A stretch of DNA of 63,616 bases, the filler included, from Choristocarpus tenellus KU-1152 (lineage: Eukaryota > Protista > Phaeophyceae), in assembly GCA_964200185.2 (NCBI GenBank). It is 13 parts of 13 records of this genome, joined end to end, with 100 filler letters (N's around TTAATTAATTAA, not from the genome) between each part and the next. Parts side by side here need not be neighbours in the genome. Positions count along the whole stretch, not along the records: positions 26,315 to 33,215 come from CAXNAD020007111.1; positions 33,316 to 36,060 come from CAXNAD020025108.1; positions 36,161 to 40,703 come from CAXNAD020014077.1; 10 more parts are not named here. One strand, 5' to 3'. Numbering within the stretch: position 1 is the first letter of the stretch; each line of letters opens with the position of its first letter. Positions 26,322 to 40,387 of the stretch are shown in pieces. Position numbers and translations under genes: made by a program. The notes under the pieces are model-generated. The model worked only from the letters and a program-made list of their open reading frames with translations. It was not told the DNA's origin and made no database searches.

Positions 26322-29300
26322 CACCAGTGGCTGCAGGGGGAGAAGGAGACATGGACATGGGTGAGGGTGAAGGGGGTGAGGGTGGGGCAGGAGAAAACTT
26401 TGGTGCTGATGGTGTGCTGGTGAAGGTAATGCGATTCCTGTCAAAGCTGAGTGACCCACGCCTTAAAAGCGAAGGTGAGCGTGTCCTTAGCCTTAGTCTG
26501 GTGAATATAGCACTGGAAGCTGGGGGCTCTGGACTGGGGCGGCACCGCTCTCTCGTGCGTGTGATGCGTGGCGACCTGTGTAAACGCCTCCTTCAGAACA
26601 GTCAGACAGAGGACCTGAACATCCTCAGCCTAACGCTTCGAGTGGTGTTTAACCTGTTCAATTCTATCAAGGATCACCTGAAGGTGCAACTGGAAGTCTT
26701 CCTAACAAGGTGCCCCCCCCTTCCCCCCTACCCCACTTGCATCTGCCTTTTCTCCCTGCTAGAAATGAGGAGCCCAAATAGTAAGCTCACTTCAACGGTT
26801 GCATTATCTTACTTGTTTTGCGTTGTGTTAGTACTATGGTGTCAATTGTTTAGACTTTGTTCGAGGTGACTATTGATACAGACTGTTGGTGTACTATTGA
26901 GAGTCTTGATACTTTAGAGGTGGCACTGCACTACCCAAATATGTTTTTCTGGAGTACTACACCTCTGCCCTGTAGTTGGCTAAAAATTACCCTAACATTT
27001 GGGGACATTGGCTTTATGTAGTAATTGGAAGTCTGGTTGTGTTGAGCGTATGTTTTTGAGAGCCAGGACCATGTTGCCAGCATTTCAGTGTGGATGCATG
27101 CTGTATCATCAGAGTAAGGAGGACAACAGCATGTGAGAAAGTATCGTCATGATAAACCCCTCAGGAGTGAAAAGATGAGGGAGATGGTGTTGTTGATAGA
27201 CTGCTGTACCCCTATGTACCCTTGTGTGCAGGTGACCTGATGCTTGTCACCGTTTGTGTATGACTCAATATAAATAAATGTGACAAACACTTGGGCTTTA
27301 GTATAGGGAGAGCCCTCAACACATTTCTCCTTCTATCCCCACAACCCCACTTTTACTTCCTTTCACTTTCTCCACCCCCCCTGATACCCCATGTTGCTGA
27401 CTGCCAATAGCATCCACCTTCGCTTGCTGGATGGTGCTGGCTATGGCCCGGAGCAGCAGGAGCTGGCCTTGGAGAGCCTACTGGAGTTTACAAGGGAGCC
27501 AGCGCTGATGCTGGACCTCTACATCAATTACGACTGTGATGTGCAATGCACAAACTTGTTTGAGACTGTCTGCCATGCCCTGGCGCGATATGCGCTTCCC
27601 TCATCAGGACAGGTGTGGATGGTCTTGCTACTATAATTTCATTTTCTGAGAGGGGTTCAGTCAGTTACACGATTTGAAGGACATGCCCGTGGATGAGCAG
27701 TGTTTTTTTTTTTTTTCTGCTGGTTCTTGTGGGGATGGCATACATTAGAGCAAGTGTCACAAGTTTGTTTGTACTATGTGCCACAAGAAGATCGAGAAAG
27801 GACTTGATCATCTCCCTTTTCAATTGAACCGCTGTTTTGTGTGTTACCGTAGGTATCATCACGTCTTCAACGTGTTACAGATAGAGGAGAATCTTTCCAA
27901 CTGCTGCAGCTGGTGCTTGCAAGTATCTAGAATACACACTGTGACCAAAGCCAATAAATTGAACGAATTTGTGCTATCTATTGTAACCCCCCCCCCCCCC
28001 CCCCCCCCCCCCTCCCCCCCCCCCCCTCCTCTCCCCCCCCCCCCCCTTTCTTCCGGCCCCCCCGGCGACTAGCATCACTCCCCCAACCCCNNNNNNNNNN
28101 GTGGAAGCTAGTAAGAAAAAAACATACCCCCAACAACAAAAAAAAAAACAACTTTTTTCTTCTTTTTATCCCCCCCCCCCCCCCCCCCTCCCCCTTCCAT
28201 TGCCCCCACTATACTTCTCACACCTTGATTCTGGTGCGTGCCCAGAAGGAATTGAATGCCCTGAATCGACTGGCCTTAGAAGGCGTTTTGGCTGTGATTG
28301 AGTCTATTGCAAGGCGGTGCCAGGTGGTGGTTCCCCCACTTCAGCGACTTCAGGTCTCACCGCCTTACCCCTCAAGTGAGGGTGTTGGACATGACGGCAG
28401 CTATGGTGTTGATGGTAAAACTCCAAGAGGGGCTGTAGGGTATGTCAGAAGGGTAGGATCGAAAGAGATTCCTTGGCTTGGCACTTGTGGTATTGTGGTA
28501 GTGTGGTATATGCTCAAGGTGCCTTTTTTGACCGCTTGCTGAGTTTTGTAGGGGATGGGAAGGGGAATGGGAAAGTAGGTGGTCATTTACCAAGCACTTT
28601 CTTCTCTCTGTGGTTAGTTTTTTTTGCCCCAATCTCTTTGAACTCAAACAGCCTGTCCCCATCAACACACAGGAGAGCATAGTTGGCATATGATCAAGAT
28701 AAAATAAGAGTCACTAATAGTTTTCTAAATGACACCAGGTTATTGGTTGGTTTGGCTGGTGAGAAGAGAGCTGATCTCAACATGTGGTCTGTTCTCATTG
28801 ATACTTCACATTGCGATTGTGTCAAAACCTCCCTGTGCCATCCCCCCCCCCCAACAATCCCATGAAGCAGGTAGCAATGCTCAATATTACAGCCCTGTCC
28901 GATTGACCCAAGGAGGAGTGACAGACAGCTTGGTGGGGATGGAAAATGCCGGTGCTGAAGGGGGGGTAAGGGCAACGACCCCTCTGTACTCCTCTGCATC
29001 TGAGTCTGATAGTGAGCTGGACTGCCGTGGTATTTTCAGTGGTGGGAATGGTGTCAGGAGTGTGGGGGGTGGTATTGGCGCCACAATGGGAGTGTCAGGG
29101 GAAGGGGGACTAGAAGAAGAATTGAGTTGGCTTGAACAGGCTCGTGCGAGGACGGCGGAGGTTTTGCAACAGAGGAAGAGGATGAAACGGCGGCTTAGTC
29201 TGGCAGCGGAGAGGTTCAACTCTGGGGAGAAGGACTGGCTAGACTATACTCAGGTTTGTGATGTGTCTGTGTGATGTACTACTGTTGGATGTGTGTGTGT

Positions 29301-31240
29301 GTGTGTGTGTGTGTTGTGGTTGGGGGTGGCAGGATTAGGGTTAGGGATACTTTAGTGGAATGGACCGACTCTTTATTATGAGTTTTTCATTTGGTGAGAA
29401 GTTGGGGCTGTGTATTGGGAAGCCTGATCGTGTCTGGAGGAGATGGAATTGGACTGAAAGATCCCTGTACCGTGCTTGAATTGTCGTACTGATCGATCAG
29501 GATCAGTCTTCATGGTTGTTTCATTTTTTAAAATGTATTATTCTTGATGTTTTTTTTTAGTTTGTGGGAGAGAGAGCACGGTTTGAAATCATTTGGTTGA
29601 TGGTGACAGAACGGTCTTTGCTACCAAATGTGCTGTGAATATGCTGGAGGAGTTCGTCAGGCTGGGGGGGAGGAAGGGCTTTCCACGCTTCAAAACTCGC
29701 ACCATCCTGGACATAGACATAGACTGTGAACATTGCCAGGAGTTGAACCAAAATACTTTGCTTTGTGGTGATGAACACTGTGGGCCATTTTGTTGATATC
29801 CACTTTGGACTGTTTCATGTGGTGTATATCACGCTTGCCTTTGATACACTTGGGGTTATGACTGAGCTCAGAACCCTTTTGAAAGGACTGGATTTTTGTC
29901 ATGTATGTATGTATGTGTTAAAAAAAAATGTTATCATCCTGGACCTCCTCCCCTTTCGGAATATGCTTCTGTTGGGTGTTATCCAGGGCGTCTTTTCACC
30001 ATTTTGTGGAAAAGTTAATGGTCTGGTCCCGGGACTGGTCCTGTACAAAATTTTATGACAAGGCTCATTGCCTTTTTGTTATTGCATCCAGTCTGCAATA
30101 TCATGTTGGGTCGTTTTCAATACGTTTTAAAAACAACGGTCCAGAGCTGTCAGAGGTCCAATGGGACTGGAATGCAGGTCGACCTGGTACCACTATTTTA
30201 GTATGCCTGGTCCAGGGTCGCTAGAGGTTCCAACGGATGTCAGGGACCCGGGCCACGGTCCAGTTAAAAAGAGATGGTAGCGACCAGTCTAGATAGTGCT
30301 GCGTCAAGCTCATGTTTATGGGAAGAGTGGCTACAACGGAAGAGAAAAAATAAATAAAATGCGCTGGCAAGTTTTGGGACAATTTGGGTGTCAGCCCGAC
30401 CAGGGCAGCCTCACCAGACCATCCTGGTTCCAGTTTTCTTTTTTAATGGGTCTGGTACCAATAGTTTTTAACAGGGTCAACTTATGGTACCATGGCCTAG
30501 ACTTCAGCCATTTTACCGGCGCAGTCTTGGCTCTATCCCTCACCATGTGATGCGGACTAAACACACAGCCCCTGGAGATTCCAACACATCACCCAATGCA
30601 GGCCGTGTAGGCGTGAATGGTGTGGTGGGGGTGGGGTGACTTTGTTCGTCACATCCCATGGTGAGAGGAGTTTTGTTTCTGTTTTTGTTTTGAAGGGTTA
30701 GGGTTTAAGAAGGTTTTGTAATGATCACGGAACGGGTGCCTAGCAATGCCTTTTTATATTATTATCTCTATATATCTATATTTATATTATTATCCAGGCA
30801 TGTTCACGTGTGCTATGGATGTGCATGTTCACATGGGACTCCACTCTTTCCCACAAATGTGGAAGTGAGTTTGTTGGTTGTAGTGGTCGAAGTACTCTCT
30901 TTTGCCAACTTGGCGGTCAAGTTTGTTGTGACACAGCGACTACAATCTCACGCCAAGTGTGAACTGTACTTGGTACTGTGTATGTCCATGTATGTTGCCC
31001 TTTGCCACGAGCAATAACTGAATTGGCACAACAGACCGAAAGCCAATAGGAAAGCCTCAAGTGAGGAGACAGGAGGAGGAACTCAGTAGTGTTCTTTTGC
31101 AGTGAGGTGAAATGATTTGACAACCCCTTTTTTTTATATTTTCAGTAGTTTGAGGCATCAAACGCCGCCCACACAGACACATACATATATATATGTATAT
31201 ACATACATACATACATACATACATACATACATACATACAT

Positions 31241-31271
<31 letters not shown>

Positions 31272-31392
31272 AAGACTTTATCAACATTCAACCCGACCAA
31301 TGCTGACATTGAAGGGGCTAAGTGTGAGGGCATAATTCGTGCTAGTGTCATCTCGTGTTCTGATGAAGTGCATTATTTTGATCACAGTGTTG

Positions 31393-31423
<31 letters not shown>

Positions 31424-32487
31424 GCACCCCCTCACCGTGACGCATCTGTTCCATACATCATCCACAGAAGCTGGGCCTCATCCCCTCACCAGCTACTCCA
31501 GAGTCAGTTGCGAGGTTTCTCAAGGGCACGGTGATGCTTGACCGGTGTATGCTTGGAGAGTACCTGAGCAAGGGCCCGCCTGATAAATACCCCTTCAACG
31601 CCATGGTAAGTTTCACCTGTTGTTCAACCCCTTCCTTGTGTATTCCTGTGCAAATGTAGCATGCCGTGGAGTTGAGTTACGGTATAACTTGCAATCTGCT
31701 TCCTCTTGTGCTAGGGTATGGGGAGTGCCCTGACCCTTGTTGTTAGGTTGTATCTGCTTGCATGGGCTGGAAGAGCGTACTGTCTTGGTTTTGTATAGCG
31801 ATGGGGTGGCTTTTCTCAAATTTGTGTGTTGTAAACTCATCAATTACTGCAGACTGTCAGTACTATTTTTTATTCACATATTTTAGGGGGAGATTTCAGT
31901 TACCTAACGATTGAGATCTATTCGATACATTTTGTTGACTCCTGCATGATGATGATTCAACATATATTTTTGGCTCTTGCATGATGATTATTTGGTGCTG
32001 TGAATCTATTGGCTATTGACCCGGTTGTCTGTGATGACCTCACCGAAAATTCTAGGAGGTGGAAGTGGGTACCCTCTTGTTTGTGTCAGGGAAAGTGGAC
32101 AGTGTCTTTGTATGATTTAGCAAAGTGTTGCCCAGCATAGCAGCAACCAGTGCCAGGGGACCCCTTAGCATGACAAATGAGATCCTTACTTTGTTCCTTA
32201 GTTGTTGGTTGCAATTGAAGTGGTGGTGCGTCTAGATAGGTTGATTGAAGGTAGTTGTAGATGCATGCTATGCTGATGTTGCAGGTGGTTAGGGTATTGT
32301 TACCCAATCATGTTTGTCACAGGCTTATGTTGTGTTGTTGCTCTGTGTATGTTACTCAAGAGGTGTCAAGGCATGTATCGATACTATGTGATGCACCTTA
32401 TAACGGCAGTGCTATATCTCTACGAATGATGTTACCCTCCTTATGTTACCCCTACAAGTTCTGTACTGTTGATTCTAGTGTCCTACA

Positions 32488-32539
<52 letters not shown>

Positions 32540-32773
32540 GTATACTCTTCCAGAGTACAAACCAAAGTAGTTTAAGTGCAGTATGTACACACCCTCCTTG
32601 TTCTTAAAGGTGTACCTTTTTTGTGCATTCATGAAAACAAAAAAAAAGGCGTTGCTCTTTGTGCTGTCTATTGTCAGGTCTTGAGTCAGTACGTGAAGCT
32701 GTTTGATATGAGCAACAAGACCTTTGTTGCTGCCCTGCGTGCCTTCCTGAAGGAATTTCGTCTACCCGGAGAG
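26322..32773 (+). CDS. GBF1: Large ARF guanine-nucleotide exchange factor, GBF1/GNOM family (HUS domain and N-terminal half of Sec7), partial
   Basis: Phase-consistent exons: 26322-26709, 27411-27612, 28246-28414, 28871-29253, 31468-31605 and 32678-32773. Motifs are HLKVQLEVFL, the HUS box LYINYDCDVQCTNLFE, LALEGVLAVI, LAAERFN, VARFL...LDRCMLGEYLSK and the Sec7 catalytic LRAFLKEFRLPGE. Confidence 0.93.
31180..31271 (+). repeat. (TACA)n/(CA)n microsatellite in a GBF1 intron
   Basis: Read directly from the sequence. Other microsatellites occur at about 29291 (GT), 31393 (GT), 32490 (CA), 32803 (AAT/AGT) and 32935 (CT). Confidence 0.9.
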
Positions 32774-32930
32774 GTGCGTGCTTTTTTTTTTTCAAAATAA
32801 AAAATAATAGTAATAGTAATGATAGTAATAGTAATATTAATAATAATAATAATAATAATAGTAATAATAATCATTGATGAAGTGATTAGTATATTGGGAC
32901 TGGAAGTGAAGGCGGTGTTGAGCCTTTTCT

Positions 32931-32962
<32 letters not shown>

Positions 32963-32966
<4 letters not shown>

Positions 32967-33215
32967 GGAAGTATCTTAGGGTTAGGGTACGAGGTTTGCC
33001 CTGTTTGTCCGTTTGGGCATTGTATTCCCACAGTTTTTTATGACATTTTCATACTCCGAAATATTTCGGAGCAGGTAAAAAATATATACGTTACGAAAAG
33101 GTGTGCCCAGAACAAGGATGTTGACACTTGCTAACAAATACGTAGTCAAAATTACATCAAAATCGCAACATTGGATTGTGCCCCCAAATGGACGCGGCCC
33201 TACCCTCTAAGATAC
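32963..33215 (-). mobile_element. MITE family B, reverse orientation, at a contig end
   Basis: GAGTGGAAGTATCTTAGG...CCCCCAAATGGACGCGGCCCTACCCTCTAAGATAC. Confidence 0.85.
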
Positions 33216-35696
33216 NNNNNNNNNNNNNNNNNNNNNNNNNNNNNNNNNNNNNNNNNNNNTTAATTAATTAANNNNNNNNNNNNNNNNNNNNNNNNNNNNN
33301 NNNNNNNNNNNNNNNCTTTTATATGAGAAAGATTCTCCTTCAACAAATCACTAGTAAAAGGTTCTGACAACTCAACCACTAATTGATTGTTCCGTTACTC
33401 TGTAACTGTCCACGTAACTGTTCGATAGAGTTGGAAGAGTCTAATCGAACAAGTTTATATCCCTTTGATCCCAGAATTCTTCTCACGAAAATCTCGTTTC
33501 GATGGTGATCTTCCATGTTGCATGCACTTCTCTTCTGTTTGTGCTATGTCATACAAAGAAGTTCTAGTCAGCACACGACTCGAGGAGATGAAGCGATGAC
33601 CAGTGGGAGTGCTAGCCCCAATACACAAGATGCAAGGCAGGAAACAGAGGTGTAGTGCAATTATTCGTCGTGAAACAACAACAGAACATTGTTGAGTGCT
33701 ATTAGAAGTGCAGTGTGTAGTGCCTCTATGAAAACGGATCGGGATCATCACCAACCAATGTGGCAACAATGATAAATATAATACTGTACTTACTCGTTCG
33801 GAATCAGAAATAACTTTGGCAAGCTCCATTCTCACCTGGGAACAACTCACATTATAAACCCTCTGAGCAAGGCTTAATTCTCATATAGATTGAGACGTGA
33901 GCAAAGTTTGAGATGGTGGGCTGCATGACGGTGAGTACCACCAATGCAAAGTCGACCAAATCACGTTTGATGGGGTTTGAAAACTTCATGAAGATGTTAA
34001 AGTGGATGTTTGTTGGGATGCCTAGGTAAAAAGGCTCCCATCATTCGAGTGACTCACTCATCCTTTCCTTGCCCATTGGTCCCAATTCTTTGGTTCAGAA
34101 GTCTGTCTGGGGTCAGGACTCAAACACCCGGACGAAGAACAGCGTGATGACAGGATGCCTGGAGGCGAAAGGGTGTGAGATTTGGATGCCTTGGGGGATG
34201 GCGGCAGCCATCGCAAAGGACTTTAGAATTTCCCCAATCACTGTGTTCTGTTATCTGAAGGAGTACGACGACCAGATCGCATGGAGTAAATGCATGGATC
34301 TTGTACGACATCGCAAAGGGCAATGTGGCCGCCGTACAAGTATCTTGAACATTTGAGATTTCCCATCAGTATGTTGCACATCCTTCCACAAAGGGTGGCC
34401 AAGGTTGGGGATTTCCCTGCCTCGTTGTGGGATCTGTGCAAACGTGAAAAGGTGAAGAAGGTCAAGTGGTGGATTAAGCCAGTTCTCTCAGACCAGTAGA
34501 AAGTCAAGAGGATAGGTCTTGTCATTAGTCACATCCATAGGAGGGGGGAAGGTGAGGTATCACAGTGTAGGGATTCGATGTGTACCTCTGGGAGACACTA
34601 GAGTTCATCTGGCAGATCCTCTTCGCAGTCCACGGTTAAGTTTTGGGGTCCAATGGTGACAACGTCTTCAAAATTCGATATCTTAGCAAGGAAAAGGCTG
34701 AGAAGGTGGGTAAATGTTGGACGTGTGGATAGAAGGTTTTGTCTGTTGTTACATTATTATTACCGTATGCCGATAGCTATACGTTTCCAGCACACACCCA
34801 TGAATGTTCTGGTGGATGCAGCGAAGTACCATGCTGACATAGAGTTTTGGAGGGCTTCAGGGATGGAATAATAGATAGGTGTAGGCTGCCCCAATTTACT
34901 TGAGGTTTGGTGCTCGATCTTTTAGTGGGTGCACAACACACCAATATAGTATGAACATGTGAAAATAAGCCTTGCTTATTCATTGGGGCTGCAAACGTCA
35001 TGTTCAGTTAATTCCGAACAGTGGAAGTATATATTATCATCGAACAACAACAACGACGTTTACAAAGACAAAAATGACAGCCTCCAACAGGATGAAACAG
35101 AGTGGCGGCTGTTCAAAATCGGGTTCTTCAGGAAGAGTAGACCATCTTGATGACAGCATTTCGACAAGAACAACCCTAGCCTGAGTCAAATGGAGAAACT
35201 TCCCATGTGGTAGTTGATAATACATGATAGGCAAAATGATATATTTCGAGGTGCAAAACAAAACCTCCAGGTCGATGGGCTGGAGAGGGTTGACAGATTC
35301 AATGAAATCTTCCCTTAATTCTTGCCTGCCTTCTTAGAGTCAGTTTTTGGAGTTTTGACTTTTCTTGTTTCTGGTTCATTGTTTTACATATATTGGTGCA
35401 TCTGGTATAGTTCTTTCCTGTGGTCATGTTAGTTGTACTCTGCTCACACGATCTTTCCTCTACCCTCGTCTGCAGTGTGGTGTTATTATCATGTTTGTTG
35501 CCTCCTTGCCTTTATATTTCTTGTTTTCTCACATGCTATTCCCTGCAACATGTCGAGAGGGATAATGATATACTACCTCCGTGCCATAAGTCTGTACCGC
35601 GTTGTCCATAACTTTTGAAGATGTTCATGAAATTCATTTCTGAAGATCTGGAACCCTTGACGAATTTCTCGTTAGGTTCAGCTCTTTTTATTATCA

Positions 35697-36060
35697 TTAC
35701 TTCCCATCCATCATAACTTTAGCAGCCACAGAAAATACCTCCATATCTACCATCGGCATGTTTTCAAGCTCACCGGACAACTGGCTCTTCCTTACCCCTG
35801 TGTGCTTCACGCTGAAGTCATTCCCCCCTTTGTATCTAAGTATTTGATTGTACACCACAAAGAGGACCTGCGAAGCCCTCTCAAGTGTGGTTTCATCATG
35901 CTCCTCATACCATTCCTTAATGACCTTCAACACCTCCTCAACGGACCCAAACCGCTCCCCCATCACCCAGCATTTAAAAGACCTGAAGAAGCACAGGTCC
36001 ATGATATTGAGGTCGAGGGAGTTAGATGGCTGCGTCACAAGCCTAATCAACCACCCCTCA
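35697..36060 (-). mobile_element. Mariner-like transposase (plant/stramenopile DD39D-like), C-terminal fragment
   Basis: IRLVTQPSNSLDLNIMDLCFF...KGGNDF matches the QPPNSPDLNVLDLGFF...GGNxY motif. Cut by the contig end. Confidence 0.8.
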
Positions 36061-36449
36061 NNNNNNNNNNNNNNNNNNNNNNNNNNNNNNNNNNNNNNNN
36101 NNNNTTAATTAATTAANNNNNNNNNNNNNNNNNNNNNNNNNNNNNNNNNNNNNNNNNNNNATTTTACCTACATGTACGATGCATTCGATTCAGGTTTCAA
36201 CATACGTCAGTAGACACGTCAGAGATATGCCTGTGTCAGTTACACCACGTCAGCCATTTATATTAAACAAAAAAAAGAGATTAATCCACCGAGACTCGCA
36301 TCGAATACTCCAGGCATACACAAACAAGTCCTTCACACTTTCTTCACTCAGTCAACCCTTCTGTTGCACAATATCGGTCACTAAAGACATTAGAGCCTAT
36401 AGACTACCTAGCCTATATTGCACATTTTCCTCTCCCCATCATCTCCTTG

Positions 36450-37255
36450 AAACGTTGGAAACGGTGCCCATCTTCCATCTTCTACCAACCCCATAGATTG
36501 GGGGACGTTGCTGTGAGCATGTGCCACAAGTTATGAGGCGACGAATATTGGTCGCTCCATTCCTCTGCTTCCACAATGCAAAGGAACATGGCCTTCCTTT
36601 CGATGAGAATATTGATATCCTCCATTTGCAACGTTCGCCTTCTGATCTTGCCCCGATCATGGCAACCCTTCAGGATAGCGCCGTGGACATAACAATAATT
36701 GTCGACAACGATGGGTTTTGCCTTAAGTCCTGTCTTCGCCATCACGAATCCGTGACGGTGAATCACCTGTTGAAGAACATTGGATGTTACTGACGGTTTT
36801 CGAATTTTAAAATGCCGCTCCTGATGCACTCATTGTTAAAATAATCTCTCAACAAAGCATCAGCGCAATCTTGAAGAAATGTTATAGTAATCCCACAGTC
36901 GATCTTACCATCGGACGTGATGGCTTCCCCCTCTTTTTTCACTAAGGGATCATTCCCTCGCGTACTGACCCCACTTTCTCCGGCAAATAGGGAGGAAAGA
37001 GATAATCCATCTTTTTGGAGCACAGAGGCACCCTCACCATTCCTCACTTCCCCTCTCTCATCATGGTCATTGCTCCTTGATGGCCCCACCTTCGACCTTT
37101 TCTCTATAGGTCCTTTGCTCTTGTGCTTCACGGTGGTCCCCTTTGGCTTCGTCCCTCCTCCCTCCCCTTGAAGAGAGTATCGCTTAGTGTTCATCAAACC
37201 AGATCGCCGCACACTTATCTCCGCTTCCTCGTCCACGGCAAGTTTCCTTATTTCC
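36450..37255 (-). mobile_element. Possible Mutator (MuDR-domain) transposase N-terminal remnant
   Basis: Frameshifted F.DCADALLRDY...CKWRISI pattern; the resemblance is weak. Bounded by a partial MITE B at about 37256-37450. Confidence 0.25.
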
Positions 37256-38089
37256 ATGTAATTTTATCTGTCGTGTATTTGTTAGGAAGTGTCAGTATCC
37301 TTGTTCCGGACACACCTTTTCATAACATACACATACTACCTACTCCGAAACATTTTTGAGTAGACAAAAAATATCATAAAAACCCTATGGGAAGCCAAGT
37401 CCCAAATGGACAAACAGGGCAAAACTCGTACCCTCTAAGATACGTTCACTAAAATGGCGATGACGATGATGGTACCTATGGGAGCGAGAATACTACGCAA
37501 GGTAATACCTCACGTGACACAAGTGTTGGGATGAGAACAGGAAGAAGGAGAGGAGGCTTTGAAGCTTCTGATGACACAGAGTACGACTTGGTGAGATCAA
37601 CGGATGCGGAAGGATGGATTTTTGACACCAGGGCAAACTGTCACATGAGAAATTCTTTTGCTGGTGTGCAAGGTTAGACAAAGAATCTATATGGAGACAG
37701 GGTGATTATAGGCGATGGAAAGGAACACCGCGTTGCTGAATGCGGTTGGATGGAGTTGGATAGAGGTGGTACTGACGCCAGAGAATGAGAGAGTAGCATA
37801 TAAATCACAATAAAGAAGGTTGCTGCGGTGCCCACGCTAGCATGCAACTCGTGCTCCATTCGGACCATCTATGAGATGTCAGGGCGACGCTGTATTGTTG
37901 AGGCTAACACATTGACGATTAAGGGGAACAATGGCCTGGATGATCATGTCATACCAGTGGTGAATGGCTTCTACATAGGCTATGTTGAAGAAGTTGATGT
38001 TCTCAAGACTTGTGATGTGAATGACTTGATCAATTCCTTAATCCGCTGGACAGGTTGTGTAGATGAAGTATCGAAGGACAAAGGAAGAA

Positions 38090-38354
38090 GAGCCAAAGTA
38101 TATTAGAGGGTAGGGCCGTATCCATTTGGAGGCCAAAATCCAATGCTGCGATTTTGATGTAATTTTGGCTATCGTGTTTTTTAGAAAGTGTCAATATCCT
38201 TGTTCTGGACACACCTTTTCATAACATATATATATATATTTACCTACTCCGAACTATGTTGGAGTAGGAAAATGTCATAAAAACCCCGAGGAAAAAGCCA
38301 AGCCACCAATGGACAAACAGGGCAAAACTCGTACCCCCTAAGATGCTTTCACTC
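38090..38354 (+). mobile_element. MITE family B, complete copy
   Basis: GAGCCAAAGTATATTAGAGGGTA...TACCCCCTAAGATGCTTTCACTC. Confidence 0.9.
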
Positions 38355-38397
38355 TCAGTGAGCCCAAAGGGGGAGGGGTCCTTGCCACCAAACCAAT

Positions 38398-38563
38398 GAC
38401 TCAAAGTATCTGGGGGGGGGAGGTGGCGGCTCTGTCCATTTGGGGCCAATCTTTCATGTCGCGGTTTTTGGGTGGTTTGGTTGCATACGTCGGATGGATA
38501 ATGTAAGTGCATTTTTCCTGGTTATGGTCCAAATGGACACCCTGATGTAGACACCCCCCCCCC
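38398..38563 (+). mobile_element. MITE family A, right TIR truncated
   Basis: GACTCAAAGTATCTG(n)...CCCTGATGTAGACAC(n). Confidence 0.85.
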
Positions 38564-40127
38564 AATCCTATTGTGTGGATTACTAATCACTACTAATCAA
38601 AGATTACTTGCTGCAATGTTTCCTATTCCTGAACCCTTCCTTATTTTAGTTCTTTAACCTGAACCCTACCTTCTATTCCTCAGAACACAATAATGGTCTC
38701 CTCAATCTATAGATTGTTTCTTACAGAATCTACTTTTACACATGAACAAAAAACATATTATTACAGGTTACATGTGTCGGGAATTATCTCGGGAACCCTT
38801 AACTGGATGAATGGCCACATCAAAGGTCAGGGTAGGCATAAACGAGTCTCATCGATGGATTGGGCATCCTCATGAACAAATAACACGCAAGACTGGTGCA
38901 GTGCATAGAATTGACCTGATCGGAAGTTGGGAGTCATTTGTTGGGTGCTCTCAGTTCAAACCTCATCGTGCTCTAGTGCCACAAAAAACGGATTCTCAGG
39001 CAGGCAGGATACTGGAGAGGACATTTACTGATCAGAGTGGACCTAAACCAGTCCATAGCCTCAGGGGTTGCTACTATTCCATGACCGTCATCCACGACTG
39101 TACCATTATGAATTGGATACGGTTCCTGGCCAAGGATGGTGCGGCTGGTGCAATGGCGGATTTCATCTCAGACGTGGTTGTTTGGAGTGGACTACAGGTA
39201 GGGCTGTTTGAAGCTATGATGTAGAAGATGTTGTCAGTGAGCTTTCCAAGACGTACTGAGGAAGCAAGGGATTTATTGTGAGTTCACCGGTGCTTTCACC
39301 CCAGAATATTATGATGTAGCAGGATGAGCATTGGGTCTGATTGCCAAGAAAGCAATAGCCATGATGGTTTTTGCTGGACTTCAAGGCAGACTCAATTTGT
39401 AGGCTGAAGTTCAGAATTATGCTTGCCATATCTCAGCAATTTGTGTGTCACTCACACTAATAATGAGGATTGGATTTCACCTCCTTCTCTGGCATGGAGA
39501 ACCAGGGGAGGTAGATGGACTGCAGGGTTTGGGACTGTGGGTTACATGCAGGTGGCCAAATGCATAACTAGCGGTACAAGGATCGAAGCGCTTGCTGTGG
39601 GGGTTAGGTGAGCATCACCCTAGGGATTCCTGGTGAGTTCCAAATGAGAGGTCAAACCAGTTGTTGATATGACAGTGTGCGACATGGCACGCTGCCCCCT
39701 TTAACGTCTCATGATAGGGAGATTATTGCCGAGAACCCAAAATTGTTGTCGGATTTACCAGAGATATTTATTGGAAGAAATAGAGAATGCCCGCGAGAAT
39801 GCTGTGCACACCGAGAAATCTTATGAACCCAGCGCAGCAGAGGAAGGAGTCTCGCGGTGTGTCACGGTCAAATGCTGCACGACCTCACAGATTTTCTGCC
39901 AACACCCAAGCCTCTTACAACTCAATCTCAGCGTTCGAAGGGGGCTTGTCAGAGGGCCATTGCAGGTGTCGACAGAGGGTGCCTTAGCTAAAGCCCTGAT
40001 TGTCAAGGAAGTGGTCCATGGAGTTCCCTAACGGACTGACTAATACGCTGCCACCTGAACCATGATTCTGTTGTGATGTTTTCCAGAAATTGGAAGCTCC
40101 ATGTTGGCAAGATGCTATGGCGAAGGA

Positions 40128-40387
40128 GACCCAAAGCATCTAAGAGGGTAGGGCCGCGTCCGTTCGGATCATAAATCCAATGTTGCGATTTTGATTTATT
40201 TTGGCTATCATTTTCGTTAAGAAGTGTCAATATCCTTGCTCCAAACACACCTTTCATAGTCGTCGTACACATTTTAGGTAGCTGTGTTCACACAGAAAAC
40301 CGAAAAAGGGCATAAAAAATCCGTGGGAAGTCAAGCCCCGAACGGACAAACAGGGCAAACCTCCTTCCCTCTAAAATGCTTTGGGTC
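40128..40387 (+). mobile_element. MITE family B variant, complete copy
   Basis: GACCCAAAGCATCTAAGAGGGTA...TTCCCTCTAAAATGCTTTGGGTC. Confidence 0.85.

Larger units (their letters stand above)
37480..40127 (+). mobile_element. Degenerate Ty1/copia remnant interrupted by MITEs
   Basis: Protease-like WIFDTRANCHM at about 37615. Pre-integrase and integrase INESHRWIGHPHEQIT...ILERTFTDQSGPKPVHSLRGCYYSM at 38811-39224. RT start PPEP...WQDAMAKE at about 40050-40127. Confidence 0.75.

Noticed and set aside
29983-30574. Possible hAT-like MITE (CAGGGC...GCCCTG, TGGTCC-rich; similar stretches near 49520 and 56400-56720)
   Set aside because: The TIR is very short and no 8-bp TSD was found.
31057-33043. 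ORFs with CMYV, HT, poly-Ile or SL runs
   Set aside because: They are translations of intronic microsatellites.
33850-35330. Possible LINE-like coding remnants (also about 4340-4600, 5390-5520/14765-14890, 11800-12050, 41400-43300)
   Set aside because: Some segments resemble each other and are probably old TEs, but I found no diagnostic motif to assign a family.
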